Source: Camelus dromedarius (lineage: Eukaryota). From it: a stretch of 64,000 bases of DNA. The stretch covers positions 93,870,001 through 93,934,000 of the forward strand of contig NC_087436.1 of assembly GCF_036321535.1 (NCBI RefSeq). The letters run 5' to 3'. The notes under the pieces are model-generated. The model ran no database searches. It was not told the DNA's origin and was given only the letters and a program-made list of their open reading frames with translations. Shown here one piece after another: positions 51,346 to 64,000 of the stretch (positions are counted from its first letter, which is position 1; every line of letters starts with the position of its first letter). Position numbers and translations under genes: made by a program.

Positions 51346-51721
51346 AAGATTAGTTCTTACCTAGTGCTCTGTGGGGAATAGGCTATATATCCAAGACTTG
51401 ATCCTTGTCTCCATAGACCATCCCAACGCATAAGTAAATTAGAAGACAATCTAGGGCTGGATATATGACCTGGTACTCATTTTTGTGGCTTAGAGTGTAA
51501 ATAGGTATAGCGGTGTTATAGAGAGTGAAAAGGGAAAAAGAGAAAATGCCAGAAATACGGATTTGTAGCATATTTAAGAGGCAGAAAATATATATTATTA
51601 GATTTGTGGTATATTAAAAAATTATATAAATAGTATATTTTAAAAATATATATTAAATTCATAGTATTAGAGGAAGAAAATTGTATGACTCGCAAGTGTT
51701 CTTAGCCATTTGAGGTGCAAT

Positions 51722-51972
51722 GCACTGCAGTGGCCAAGAACTTCGGTAGCCTAGAACCACACTGTAGGTTCAAATCCCAGCTCTGCACTTAATTAGCTGT
51801 GTGATGTTGGTCAAGACATTTAGTCTCTCTGTCTATCTTTCCTCATCTGTAAAAGGGAGGCGATAATAATAGTGAATATATTGCAGGATTGTTATGAGAA
51901 TTAAATTAGCATATGCAAAGTACTGAGAAAAGTGCCTAGCATATGGCAAGTACCCAAGTGTTAGCTACTATA
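51722..51972 (+). mobile_element. MIR SINE, near full length
   Basis: ggttcaaatcccagctctgcacttaattagctgtgtga...ttcctcatctgtaaaagg...gtgcctagcatatgg. Confidence 0.88.
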
Positions 51973-52824
51973 ACCCCACATTTACTTTTTCTTTATCTCA
52001 AGCCTTCACTAGAGAATAGTTTAAAATGCCATAATTAGACTCTTCCATTACTTCTAATATATAATACGTGTATACTTAACTTGAGTTACCTATAATATGT
52101 TGGTTGCAAACATAGCAAAACAAAAGAAAAAGCACAATCCTCCTTAAGAGTAGTCTTAATGCAATGATGTTAGGTTAGCATCCTGCCGACTCCTGGGAGG
52201 ACCAGTTCTTGAATTCTGAAAATGAACTATACTGTGTGTGAAGATGAAATGGGCTTGATTGTGTGTTAAAGGGGAGACCTATTTGATTGCTTCATATGCC
52301 CAAAGTATCAAGCTCTGATATTTTGCATTTACAGCACTACTCTTCCTCCATATGGATTTCTAGGCTCTTTCATTGGCTTAATATTTTTCCATGCAGGAAT
52401 TACTCTTTAATGACTGTACATGGCACATATCTACAACATAGGCCTCGTTATTTTTTTCTTGTCTCACACGTTCATTACAGTGTAAATTTTCCTTTATACA
52501 TGTCATTTTAAGTTTACAGTATTGTTCCATTTGTCTATTACTCCATGATAAAGCCTACTCAGATGATCACTGCATAGAAGTAACCGAAGCAATTTTTCAT
52601 TTGAGCTGCTGCTCAAATTGTATTTTAAAGTAGTTCTGTCTCTTTTACTTCAAATAATATAGTACATCAAGATGTTGGGTAACATGAGATGTTGGGTAAT
52701 AAAATCTTTCATAGAACAGGATGCAAAATAAAGCACTGTTACAGAGGCTCTGGCATGCCAAAAAAAAAAAAATCTTCCTTTATTCTGAGGTTAATAACAA
52801 TGTTTTATATCCTGGGAAATAGAT

Positions 52825-53545
52825 GTGTATCTTTGCAGTGGAGAAACCTTAACCAAGTAATCAAGGTTAATGTCACTACTAATCAAAGCTATCGACATCC
52901 TGTTCCGGGGGAGGGTGTGGCTCAGCAGTAGAGAGCATGCCTAGCATGCAAGAGGTCCTGGGTTCAATTCCCAGTACCTCCATTAAAATAAATAAGTAAA
53001 CCTAATTACTGCCCGCCCCCCTCCCTGCGCCCGGAAAAATAAATAAATAAATAGAAACAAACAAATAAACCCCTCCTGTTCCCCCTGAAATGATGCACCA
53101 AGGACACATCACTTCTATGGTACTCCTGCCAAAAAGGCAATCTTCAATTTAATCACAAATAAATGTCAGAAGAACCTAAACTGCGAGACATGAGCTGATG
53201 CTCATCAATAATGTCAAGGTCAGGAAAGAAAAGCAAAGACTGAGCAACTGCTGCAGACTGGAGGCTACTATGAAGACACAACAGCTAAATGCACTGTAGG
53301 AGCTTGTGTTGGATCCTGGGCTTTAGTGGAAAACTGGTGAAATTCAAGTAAGGTTTACAGATTAGTTCACAGACTAGTTTCTGTGTTAACCTTCTGGCTT
53401 TAATAATTGTACTAGTGAAAGATGAACGATGTAGCTGGTGTTAGCTGGGTAAAGGGGTCATCATGAACTCTCTACTATTTTTGTAAGTTTTCTGTTTAAA
53501 TGTACAATTATTTAAAAATAAAAAGTTAAACAAACAAACAAACAA
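52825..53545 (+). mobile_element. Old L1 (L1MC/MD-like) 3' UTR, interrupted by a SINE
   Basis: ctttgcagtggagaaaccttaaccaagtaatcaaggttaa...gaactctctactatttttgtaagttttctg...aaaataaaaagtt. Confidence 0.8.
52907..53070 (+). mobile_element. tRNA-Ala-derived camelid-type SINE (Vic-1-like)
   Basis: ggggagggtgtggctcagcagtagagagcatgcctagcatgcaagaggtcctgggttcaattcccagtacctcca, tail cctaattac, (taaa)n; TSD tcctgttcc (52898-52906 / 53074-53082). Confidence 0.92.
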
Positions 53546-53794
53546 GAACTCTCTGTGTCTGACTTTAAAGTCCTGACTCTTAACCACTAGAATGCACTTT
53601 GAATTCTAGGTCCAAGCTACAGAAGGACTGTTTGATGATTGGCATCTGAATTTGCATTGCAAGACACCTGCCTGGTGTCTCAGAGCTAGGTCATGTGTCT
53701 AAGGTACCTGGAAATAAGTAAATAAGATTAAGTAACAGTTTGCCTTCAATTAACTTTCAATCCAAAAATAATTACAAAGCATGTCAGGGTTCAA

Positions 53795-54055
53795 ATAATA
53801 CCTGGCATTTATATGACACTTACTATGAACCAGGTACTTCTCTAAGCGTGTTACAAATTTTAACATATTTAATCCTCACATCAACCCTGTAAGGGTAGGG
53901 AGCATTATTTGTCCCTTTTCTACAGATGATGAAACAGACACAGATCTTACTTGCCCAAAGTCACAAAAGTGATAAATGGGAAAGGCAAGATTCAGATCCA
54001 AGCAGTCTGGCTCTAGTGATGGATATGTGCTTATCCAAGACTCTACACTGCCCTC
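53795..54055 (-). mobile_element. MIR SINE
   Basis: tttaatcctcacatcaaccctgtaaggg...ttctacagatgatgaaacagacacag...acttgcccaaagtcaca. Confidence 0.85.
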
Positions 54056-54964
54056 CACATAACCTCCAGGTTTTGTGTTATTGGAAATTTTATTTTGAAT
54101 TACCTATGGCTTGGGGAGCACCAGGGTTGGTCAACGTTTAGGGTCTTGAGGCCTGGACGTCTGTGTCCAGTCATGACCTGGTACACAGCTCAAAACCATC
54201 CTGCAGTGTCCTGGATCTACAGAAAAGGCAATGAAACCTCGGCCAGATTGGCTCACTTGTCTAGCTTTGCCCCGGAAACCTGGAGAGAAAACATTCCCTT
54301 CCCAAACCGAGGGCTCAGTTCTCTATCTTGGTGGTGGGTTTTATTTTCTCTACACAAACACAGAATCAAATTTCTGCTACGTAATCAATGAGTTTGCAAA
54401 GCAAGGATTCCATCACCCTTTGATAGTATCATAACTGAACACGTGAACCAACAGACTCCTAAAACTACTGGTGAATCAATTCAACTAGAAAAACTGGAAG
54501 TATGCTAACTGGCATAGCTGGGCCAGAGTGGGTGGAGGAAGGCTAAATTTCTATTCATGAAGTCTGATTCATTTAGAAAAAGAAAAAGTCACATGCCATC
54601 AGATTGGGATTTGTGTTCACTGCACTGAGGAGAAGTGCAGAGCCTTCACACTCTCAGGGGTGACTAAGCCATTATTTCACTGGGAACACAAAGAACTATT
54701 GCTTTGCATACCCCTCACTGTAATTAGCTCTTGCAGGCAGGGGATGAAGAATCAAACATGAGAGTTCCTTGGCTGTGGGCCAAATATACAGAATTATTTA
54801 TTTTATTTTGGTTAAGGAAACAGGATAAGAGGGTCATGTCTCATAGCCTGTTACTTCATGGCCCCTGATCTACATGCAATGGGATGATAATTATGCACTC
54901 TTCTGTCTGAGAGTAATAGGACAGTCCTTCCAAGAGACCCATATTGTACATGCTGGTTTGAGCC

Positions 54965-55354
54965 AGTCATGCACTGGTAAATGTTTAACAACCAGCTTTG
55001 GGAGAGGTTGAAGGCTGATTTGTTGTGTTTGCTGATTTCTACGGTGTAAATAATCCTACCCTGGTTGATTTCGGACTGCTAATCTGGTATCACTGAACGA
55101 GGAGTTGGGAAGAAATGGATGCTCAGTAGCCACCGTTACTTACTCCTTCCATCATTCAAATGCAGTTGATGTAAATCACCTTAAGAAGAGAGATAATACA
55201 AAATACAATGAAATAATGTTTTAAGTTTTTCCTATGTTGCTTTAAATGGAATTTATTTAACTGTAAGTTTGCAATTTAATTTTAATAATGGCTATGTTTA
55301 ACGACTGGCTCACCAGCTGTGAGAGCCAGAACAAGGCAGCTCCAGCACTGCTGG
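54965..55354 (-). mobile_element. MER63B-like hAT-Blackjack element
   Basis: ctggtaaatgtttaacaaccagct...ttttaataatggctatgtttaacgactggctc...gctccagcactgctgg; antisense homolog of 8930-9137. Confidence 0.8.
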
Positions 55355-55964
55355 TTTGAGACCCGTGGCGGGGGCCGCTGTGTGGCATGGGCACAGAAGA
55401 ACTCAAATAGATTGGTCACTTCAAAATTTGATCCTGCCCCTTGTCATCCAGACTTCTATTTTCTCATTCTGTGAGACAAGTCATTCTAGCATGTCTTGCC
55501 TCACGTTGCTCACCAATAGAACAGAGAGTAGACCATTCCTATTCCTGGTGATAGATTCTGTAGGTTATCTAAGCCAAGCCTCTGATTTTACAAAAGAGGG
55601 AAGGAAGTCTAAGAAGAGTCAAATAATGGTAATAATAATAGCTGACATTGATTAAACTCCTACTGTATGCCAGCGGCTGTACTTGGTACATCATGGGTCA
55701 CCAAAAAGCAGCTCCTCCTCTTGACTTCGTGTTATCATCACCCAAGCTGCCTCCCATTTATTCTTTGAGAGTAAGGACTAGATTTATCATTTTTGTATGC
55801 TCTGCCGTAAGTTGCACAGAACCTTAAATCTAACAGGTGCACAATAAATGTTGACTGAATTATACCGAGATATTTAGGCTCCAGATACAAATATGCTGCT
55901 TGAAGTCTTGGAAAACACTACCCCAGTATTCCCTGTCATTGCCAAAAAGGCTTTTAGAACTTTT

Positions 55965-56097
55965 TGGGGGGAGTAATAAAATATACATATTATAAAATGT
56001 ACCACTTTAGCCATTTTTAAATGTATGATTCAGTGGCATCAGTTATGTTCACAGTATTGTGCAACCATTACCACCATCCATTTTAGAACTATTTTTA
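55965..56097 (-). mobile_element. L1 3' terminal fragment
   Basis: ataaaatgtaccactttagccatttttaaatgtatgattcagtggca...ttgtgcaaccattaccaccatcca. Confidence 0.8.
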
Positions 56098-56299
56098 AAA
56101 GACATGCACAATAGTCACTACTTTTTTGTTTGTTGTTTATTGAATAAGTAACATATGTATATGACAAAAATATAAACAGTCTGTTAGGATTTATAGGAAA
56201 AAGAAAGTCTTCTCATTCCAGACGCTGTAACCACCCATTTCTTCTCTCCAAGGCAACCAGTAATCATTTCTACACATCTTTGTATTTGATGAGGACATG

Positions 56300-56500
56300 A
56301 ATACTAGAGCTAGCTGGCCTGGGTTTAAATGCTGGCTCAACCCCTGACCAGCTGTGTGACCTTGAGCAAATTACTTAACCTCTCTGTGTCTCTGTAAGAT
56401 AGGGATAATAATAGGTACCTATCTCCTAGGGTTGTTGTAAAGATTCATGAGTTTATTTGTATAAAGTGCTTAGAATTGTGCACATAGGAAATACTATCTA
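56300..56500 (+). mobile_element. MIR SINE
   Basis: cagctgtgtgaccttgagcaaattacttaacctctctgtgtctc...gggataataata. Confidence 0.88.
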
Positions 56501-57664
56501 CTTCCTGTGAAGAATTCTCTGGGATTACTGTCTTCCCAAAGATCTTAGTGCCTATGTGAGTGATATGCAACTATACACGTGTCACAAGCAGTGTGGGAGC
56601 ACTGAAGGGCAAGGGATGGGATGAGGCAGCATCACATGCTGGGCGAACACCGTATGGAAAATAGGAGATAGGTGACCTTCCTGTGCTGCTGACAAGTTTG
56701 GGGGCCATCAGACTTCACCTCTCTGGGCCTTTGTTTTCTCATCTGTGAAATGAAAACATTTGACTGGATAAATTCTAAGGTCCTTTTCCCATTTAACATT
56801 CTGTATCTGTCTCTAACAGTTTTGAGAGGAGCCAGGACTTTTTAAAGGAACTGAAGAAACTGAATTAGTAGATAGGGAGGAGGGCTCCTCAGACAGGCAT
56901 TGATACTTCAGTGGGATCAAGACTCCCAGGTCACACGTGCCACCTGCTTGAGTCATCTGGTTTCCCACATCCTCTTTTTAAAGGAGCTACGCGCTGCTCC
57001 TCTGTGCTAAGATTCAATTTCAAGTTAATGTGGTCCAGCTCTAAAAGGCCAGAGGGAGTCTTTGTTAGCCTTGATGACTCATAGGGACAGTGTGCCCCTT
57101 ATTTTACTGACTACAATCCAGGTTTACCATGCTAATAGGTTATTGGGCCTTTCGCTTGATTTTTTTTAAAAGGTAAAATTTACCAGCTGGTAATCTCTGG
57201 TTATTTTCTGATCGGCTTGGCCAGATGGTACTTTCGGTGATAAAACTGTAGAGCACAAAGAGGTTTCGCTATGTTCTATATCTTCTCTGCACTGTTTCTC
57301 ACATATCAACATATCTGATCCTGCAGACTTTTTCCCTGAACCCAGAAGTATAGACGTTCAATGATGAAAACTGATGAGGGAAGCTCCCAGAGTCGAGTTA
57401 GCCTGGAGTCATCCTCTAGTCACTGTCTGATTAGACATTCAAATAAAACTATACATGCATCTGTTTGGATACTCACTTTGAGTATGAACATTTAAAACTT
57501 CACCGTTACTGTTGCTGTTACCGCTGTGTTATCATTACTGTTGTAGTGACAATGAATATTGTATAGAATACTTCTATATTGCCATTCACACTGTATCTTT
57601 TCAAATATCAACTTGTTTGATCTATGTTATTATCCTTTGGGGAACTGTAGGAGGGTAGATGAGA

Positions 57665-57895
57665 GAATAAGCTTCAGAGTCCTACCAAACTGGGTTTGAA
57701 TCCCAGCTCTGCTCTTAGATTTCGTTAGTCTCAATGTCTTTATCTGTAAGATCAGGGTAATAACAGCTAATTCCTATAGTTGCGGGGGAGGTGGGGCGGA
57801 GGTGGGGGTGGATTTGGAGACCTAATACAAAGAGCCTATCTCAGCGCTTGGCTCATAAAGCACCCAATAAATGGTAGCTATTACTACTATTGTTA
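57665..57895 (+). mobile_element. MIR SINE
   Basis: ctgggtttgaatcccagctctgc...ttatctgtaag...caataaatggtagctattact. Confidence 0.78.
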
Positions 57896-58883
57896 GAATT
57901 ATTCTCCTTTTTGACATGCGGAAGTTGAGGCTCAAAGAAATGAAGAGGTTTACTCCGGTGTTGTTTATAACATAGGTGTTAAAGCTGTGTGATTCAAATG
58001 TAGGACTTTGGGATTCAGAACTTGTCTATGTTCTTTCCACAGTGTGACTGTTGCCACCCAAAAGAACTGTTTTAGTACACTAGAAGTGCCTAGCTTTGTT
58101 ATTCAAGTAGTTAAAAAGATATTTGTTGTTTTTTAAAGTTTTATTTGCTGTTTGGCTTTTTTCTTTTTACCTCTTACATAGTTTCTCTCTCTCTCTCTCA
58201 TTTAATAGCACCCAGATTAGGAAGTTTGAAATGAAGAGCAATAAAAATACACCGTGAATTGATTTCTGACTCATCTTATAGCCAGCCAGCTCCAAATTAC
58301 ATTCAAGTGCTTAACTCTTTGGAAGTCTCCAAACATTCCCTTAGATCTTTGGAGCTGGAAGTCCTCTTCCGTGTCGTTGACACAGACCCTTCACGAAAGC
58401 AGAGGAAAGGACAGAGGCACAGTTAGCACAGGAAGTTCAGCTACTGAAGGAGCCAGCGCTGGAACCCGCACGTCCAGGGTTCCAGTCCAGGTTTCTTTCT
58501 TCTTCTCTTTGATCTTCAAAGAGAGTTCTCCCTCCTCCCTTTTACTAAAACTAATGTATATTAGCTTCATAATTGTATGTGATGGATTCCATGATCAGTT
58601 TAAATATCAGCTGGTTACACAGTTGTGATATTAGAGACATTTCAGTCGTAAGACTAGTACGGCTTCTTTGGAAATCATGCTGTCAAGATGGGAGCCTCCT
58701 CCCAATGTTTTTGTTCTGGTCTTAAGGCGGTAACAAGAAGCTTTCTCGTGACATACCTAAGCCTTCCTGCTTTGGGCAGAATCGAAAGTAGGGCAGTACT
58801 CGCCAATCCCGTGGTATTTCAGTGTCTCCCTATGGTCACAGCCAATATTAGGAGGTATGAAAATTTAAATCCTATGCTTGCAG

Positions 58884-58925
58884 CCTCCCTCCCTTCCTTC
58901 CTTCCTTCCTTCCTTCCTTCCTTCC
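58884..58925. repeat. (CCTT)n microsatellite
   Basis: Directly visible. Confidence 0.92.
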
Positions 58926-59244
58926 TAAGCCAAGTACACTGCTAAACACAAATTTGGAGATTTTCCAAAATTTAGGCCTCTTTTTTTCTTTTTTTAAAAA
59001 GTTAGGCCTTTTTAAATTTGATCTTCTAGAAGATCCTTTCCCCCTTCTTTCTCCCACAGTCACAGTGCCTACCTCACAATACCCCCAAAGGCAGTGAATT
59101 TACAAATGCACAGAGGAGAAAAATCATATGTGCACAAGTTTTGAGTTATGATCCCTGACTATGTTGAGCACGTGACCTAAATCAAACAATGATGGTCATC
59201 TTGTGTTTTGAACTGGGTATGAATTATTTTCAAACTCTTCTTGT

Positions 59245-59420
59245 CATTTAAACCTAAATTTCATTCCTAGCTGGGACACCTTGGACAAATCATTTGACCT
59301 CTCTGGGCTTCTATTTTTTCCTTGTCAATGTCTATGATAATAGCTCAAAGGGCTAATAGAAGAAATAATTAAGTGCTATCTGCCCAGCACATGGCAGCCC
59401 TTAAAAAATGCTAGTATTCC
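59245..59420 (+). mobile_element. MIR SINE
   Basis: ctagctgggacaccttggacaaatcatttgacctctctgggcttc. Confidence 0.7.
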
Positions 59421-60269
59421 TTCTTTCCTTGCCACCTTAGTGCCTTGACTGTCCCTCTTCAAATCCTCCTTGGTTCTTTCCTGATTTCCACTAATAACAC
59501 GGTGGAGCTCAGGGCCATTTTCCTGTGCCAGTTCCCATTTCTGACACTGCAGCCTGTTTAGTTCATTTCCATTTCTGCTCAGCAGGGAGGACCATGGCTG
59601 TGGAATTTGTGTTTCAATTTGTTTGTCTGAGGTCTAACATTGTGGGGCATCAGCCTGTACCTTCAGTCGGATCCCTGCTGGTCCTGATTCTTCACAGGAG
59701 GACAGGTCTTCCTTGGCAGTGAGATTTTTAAAATAACACCGCAAGCAAAGCACAGAAATTCAGCTGTAATCAGCCTTCCCTAAAGACCAGCTGCCTGCTC
59801 AAATGAAAGTCTTGGATTCCTCTCCAGGATTACATCTCCTTTTGGGCTATTTACTCAGCCCGCAGTTTACTACAGAGCTGGGTTTCACCCTGTGATAAAA
59901 ACTACAAAGATAGCAGCTTTCTTAAAGACTGATGGCATCTTTGAGTTGCCTGGGGCTTATCTGCAGCAATTTTCTTATAGCCACTCCACCAGCCCTCAGG
60001 CCTTTGGCCACTTTTCACACCCTTGGAATTTACTCTGTGGATTCCTAAGGGTCTAGGCAAATCTTTTTGGAGACTTACTGTGAACTGAAAGGACCCCCTT
60101 CTTTGCAGTAAGATCACAATTACAGTCAGTCCCGCGGGAGGGGCAAGGAGAGGATTCCTGACCTCTCAAGACAAGTAAGAATTCCCCTTGGCCCAGAAGT
60201 GCAGGGTCAGGAACATGGCTTCAAGCTCCCTCCTGTGTGTGCAGGGATTATGGCCAGGACACATATTCA

Positions 60270-60545
60270 CATATTCTTTCATCAAATATTTATTGGGCAT
60301 CTACTCCATACAGGACACTCTGCTAGGGCCTGGACTGACAGATGAGTGAGTCATAGTTCCTAGTGGGCAAAGGCCAATATGCCTACATGTAATCACAATG
60401 CTGTGTGACGCACATAAGAGAGATCTGTGTAAAGGGCCAAGGATCTCAGGGGAAGGAGACCCTCACGCTGCATGGTGGAGTGTGGTGGATGAAAATGACA
60501 TCACAGAGGAGGTGATCGTCCAACAGAGCTTTAAGAATGAGGAGC
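60270..60545 (-). mobile_element. L2 3' end
   Basis: ttcatcaaatatttattgggcatctactccatacaggacactctgctagg. Confidence 0.75.
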
Positions 60546-60609
60546 TCCAATGACTGGAGACGAGTGGCTTAAGGGCAAAAGTGGAGGAGAAAGGAGAGAC
60601 TGGTTTGGA

Positions 60610-61010
60610 TCCCTGCAGAAGTGGATTGAGAGACAAGGACTTGAATGCCATAGTTAATCTGGGGGATGACCCCAGGAAAGAGCAGGAGAGTGGGGAATTC
60701 AACAGGAATGGAAAAGCTGGTGTGTTAGCAAGACAGTTGGCATTGTGAATAACTGGAGCTCAGCCTCTTTGGGCAGCTCTGGGAGTCAGTGCAGCATAAA
60801 GCATGTCTCAGAGTTATGCCCACGGAAGGGCAAAGAAGCTGGAGTAAGAAGAGGAGTTGCTTCCAGGGACACTTCTGGCTTGCTCTGCCTAGGGTGCTCC
60901 CCCAGCCAAAGAAAAGCCACAGAAAGAGAAATGCAGATGTTTGCAGCAGTTTTTGGTGTGGACAGATACATGTGGCCTGATGTGAGTGAGGCCCCTATAG
61001 CATGAGACAA
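60610..61010 (-). mobile_element. LTR16-like (ERVL) solo LTR
   Basis: gagacaaggacttgaatgc...gaccccaggaa...aactggagctcag...ctctgggag...tctcagagttatgcccac...gaagctggagta resemble LTR16. Confidence 0.7.
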
Positions 61011-62881
61011 GAAAGGCACTGAGACATGGAAAGAGCACCATGAATTACGGACTATTAGTGAAGCGATAAGAAATAAAAGTGAAAAAGAAGGTGGGAGTCA
61101 AATTGGATTCCTGGCTAAGGGGTTGAGTTTTTATTGAATAGGGGATAGGGGTCACTGAGGGGTCTGGGCAGGAGAGTGCCATGGTCAGGTGAGCCAAGTG
61201 CCATAGAAGTGGGACAGGTTGTGAGACGGAAAGGTGAAGCAACACCCAGACACCACTGCCGGATGGACACATCGGCAGTGCTAACAGAGACGAGTTAATC
61301 ATTCCTTCTTCTGTCCTCCCAGGCAAAGCAAGACCCTTATGACATTATAATAGTTGTACATTATATATGCCATTATAATAGTCTGTACCCAACCAGACTA
61401 TCAGTAGATGGGCTATGATTTCAAGCACCAGCCTGAGCCCAACACCTAGTGCAGGGTCTAGCACATTTCGGGGACTCAGACAGTATCTGATTAAATGGAT
61501 GACCATGTTGGTTTATCCTCATAGCCCTACCCAGAGCTCTTCACTGCTTATTGCAGGATTATCCTTGATCCCAAAGGGCACTAGATTATTGTGTGCATGT
61601 GTTTTGAATGTGGACTGCAAAGGCCTTGCTGACAGGATGCGTGAAAGTAGTTTGGATCTCCTCTATAGGCCCAGAGCTGGTCACAGAAGATGCTTCCTTC
61701 CCCTTGTGCTGCTCCAGCAATGCCTCAGTGGAACTGTGCCTAATTGTCACTTCCAGGGAAGACATTTTGTCACAGTCCTAATGTCATCATTGGAGGCTGG
61801 ACTTTCCCTCTGCCCTTGGCCAACTAAGTGGCCTAGCCCCCTCTTTCTGCCTGAATCGGACAGTAGTTGCTTCTGGTTGCCAACCAGAGAAAGAGGTCTA
61901 TCATTGTCATTCAACAAGGGGATAGTTTTCTGAAGTGGCTGTGTGACCTTTTCAGAAAATCCCCATGGAAAGGGGAAATATCCTGATGGTAAACAAGAGG
62001 AAAATAGAAACAATTTAATAGCCAACTCATTTCTGGAATGGGGCTCCACACCCAGTGAATCTGACCCAGATCTCAAGAGAGTTAATAGGATTCTACCACC
62101 ATGGGATCCAAAAAGAACCTCAAGAGGTCATTCAATCCCTACTGAAGGCACAACCAAACTGAATTCATTAAACAGCTATACTTCAAATGTTTTAGGAAGA
62201 TTATTTTTTTCCATTAGAGATCAAAAAAGTTTTATGGATAAGAAGCCCTTCAAGGAAGTAACAGAACTTAAGACCTGGAGATTCATTTCATAGTTGAGGA
62301 AACTGAAGCAGAACCAGTACTAAAATATTGTCCCTTGACCCCCAGTTTAGAAACTTCCTTCAGTCAGTCATCAAGCATTCCTTGAGTGCCTATCATGTGG
62401 ACCTCTACTTAGAACTGGGAAAACACAGCTCAACAAGGCAGTTTCTGCACCCCCAGGAGAGGGCTCATAATCCAGTTGGGCAGAATTATTTGCATTTAAT
62501 TAACTATAACCAAACGTCACCAATGCTACAATAAAGACATATTCAAATCCATCTTGAAGTCTTACCAAGAGTCTTTTTTTCTTTAAAAAAATAGGTGCTA
62601 ATATTTATAACAGATTGCAAATGCTTCTTCTTCTACCTCCTGCTTCCAGTCCTCGTGTCCATTAAGAAATGTATACACTTGGGTACACGCTTAATGACAG
62701 CTGTGTAAACCGTTGAATCTTATAGTAAAAACAGAAAACACATGTTCCCATCTCAAGTTTGCAGTGTCAAGCTGTTATTTGTCCAAAGAATTAAATGAGC
62801 TGAACTGAGGTCCATTTACCTTTCAACTGCCTACAACCTTAGAGTCATGGTCCCTGTGCTGACAATAAATGGAATCAGATC

Positions 62882-62963
62882 AAAAGAAGAAGAAGGAGAA
62901 AGAGAGGAAGGGGAGGGGGAGGGGGAGCAGGAGGGGAGGGGGAGAGGTGGGAGAAAAAGGAAA
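62882..62963. repeat. Polypurine (GA-rich) low-complexity tract
   Basis: Directly visible; includes several G-runs. Confidence 0.9.
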
Positions 62964-63689
62964 CCTTATTACTTGTCCAGGTTTACTGTAAAATCCACAA
63001 TGAAACACTTAATATTTTTGAGTGGAGGAGTCATATGGGTCACAATGAGTGGTTGTCATTGCCAAAGTAATAAGTTGAAGTTAGAATGTGATTTTATTTG
63101 AGTAATACTGTGTCAGTTAGGCTCTGAAAGAAAGATGCTGGTGGATTAGCATATTATTGTTTTAAAAAAGAAAGAATGCACTGGTCTTACTGGAGTTAAG
63201 AAAGGAGGTACTACTAGGGTTAAAGCTTTCTGAATAGTAAGACATGAGGGAGAAACTGCCTCCAGGAACAGACAGTTAAGTGTGTATAAATTTCACGAAC
63301 TCTGCCATTGTGTATGACTATTTCATATGACTCTTCATTTAAGAATTGAACTTGAAAGTGTGAGTCACTGATGCATTACAGTAAAGATGCCACTTAGGTT
63401 CAGGAACCGAATCTCCTTCTGCTCCTCTATTAGTCAGTAATGACCTAGTTAGTTTCAACTGCCTGCCCCATAGCTGGACGCAGTGGAGAACCTGTTCCTG
63501 GCAACTCATGAGAGGCCCCACTCTCCTACCTGCAAGTCTCCAATTCTCTTTATGAGTCCCTATTTTGATGGGTGGCCAGAGACAATGGCTAGAAGCAAGA
63601 AACCTTGGAAGTAGTTGCCTCCTCTCTTTCTCACTGCCACACACTCCCTTCTTCCTTTCTGCATTCAGCTGGCATCAAATTCTCTCAGT

Positions 63690-64000
63690 TCTATTTATTC
63701 AACATAGGGAGGGTTCAGTTACAGTAAATAGAAATCATTCTAGCTGTTTTAATCAGAAAGGGATTTAATATATGCGATTAGGTGCTTATACAATTGATAG
63801 AACAGCATTCCATTGGAGCTTGAGGTCTGCCCTCCACAGTAACGCTGCAGAACTGGCCTGTCAGGAGAGCTGCTGCATTGCCACAATCAGGAAGGTGAGG
63901 AGTCAGAAAACCACCATTATAACCACTGAGTTCAGAGACATCACTTTTCTGGGATCAGAAAGCTACCACTGCCATGTTTACAACAGAGGCATGCTACGTC
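63690..64000 (-). mobile_element. Old MLT1-type LTR fragment, running off the window
   Basis: ttcagttacagtaaatagaaatcattctagctgttttaatcagaaagggatttaat resembles old MaLR LTR ends. Confidence 0.55.

Noticed and set aside
52665..52699. Short tandem duplication agatgttgggtaa x2 (similar cases near 3238, 21580 and 61343)
   Set aside because: Ordinary small slippage duplications with no further structure.
52907..52982. tRNA-Ala gene (also 3750 and 19904)
   Set aside because: A-rich tails, TSDs, disrupted stems and the shared SINE tail show these are SINE copies.
1..64000. CRISPR array, prokaryotic operon, NUMT, ERV internal genes or CpG-island promoter
   Set aside because: None seen: no regularly spaced repeats, no gene-dense ORFs, no mitochondrial or gag/pol/env similarity recognised, and CpG is depleted throughout.

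Overview
Mammalian, AT-rich, repeat-dense non-coding DNA, intronic or intergenic. I see no CpG island, no recognisable protein-coding exon and no genuine RNA gene. It is most likely camelid (alpaca/llama/camel): it has three tRNA-Ala-derived SINEs of the Vic-1 type, artiodactyl-type L1 3' ends and a Tigger2a_Art-like MITE, and I saw no ruminant Bov-A/BovB or pig PRE-1 SINEs. The only real protein-coding signal is a young, 5'-truncated L1 ORF2 (reverse transcriptase, YADD motif) on the minus strand at 1-1607, which runs off the window. The rest is L1, L2, MIR, MaLR/ERVL LTRs, hAT and Tigger MITEs, and microsatellites. All repeat family names come from memory of consensus sequences, not from a search, and boundaries of old repeats are approximate. 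I did not find a convincing novel biological system. The best observations are insertion and repair footprints: a triple-nested L1 with overlapping TSDs, a solo poly(A) insertion with a perfect TSD, and a 64-bp segment copied 2.3 kb away. There are also a few unproven non-coding exon and enhancer candidates.
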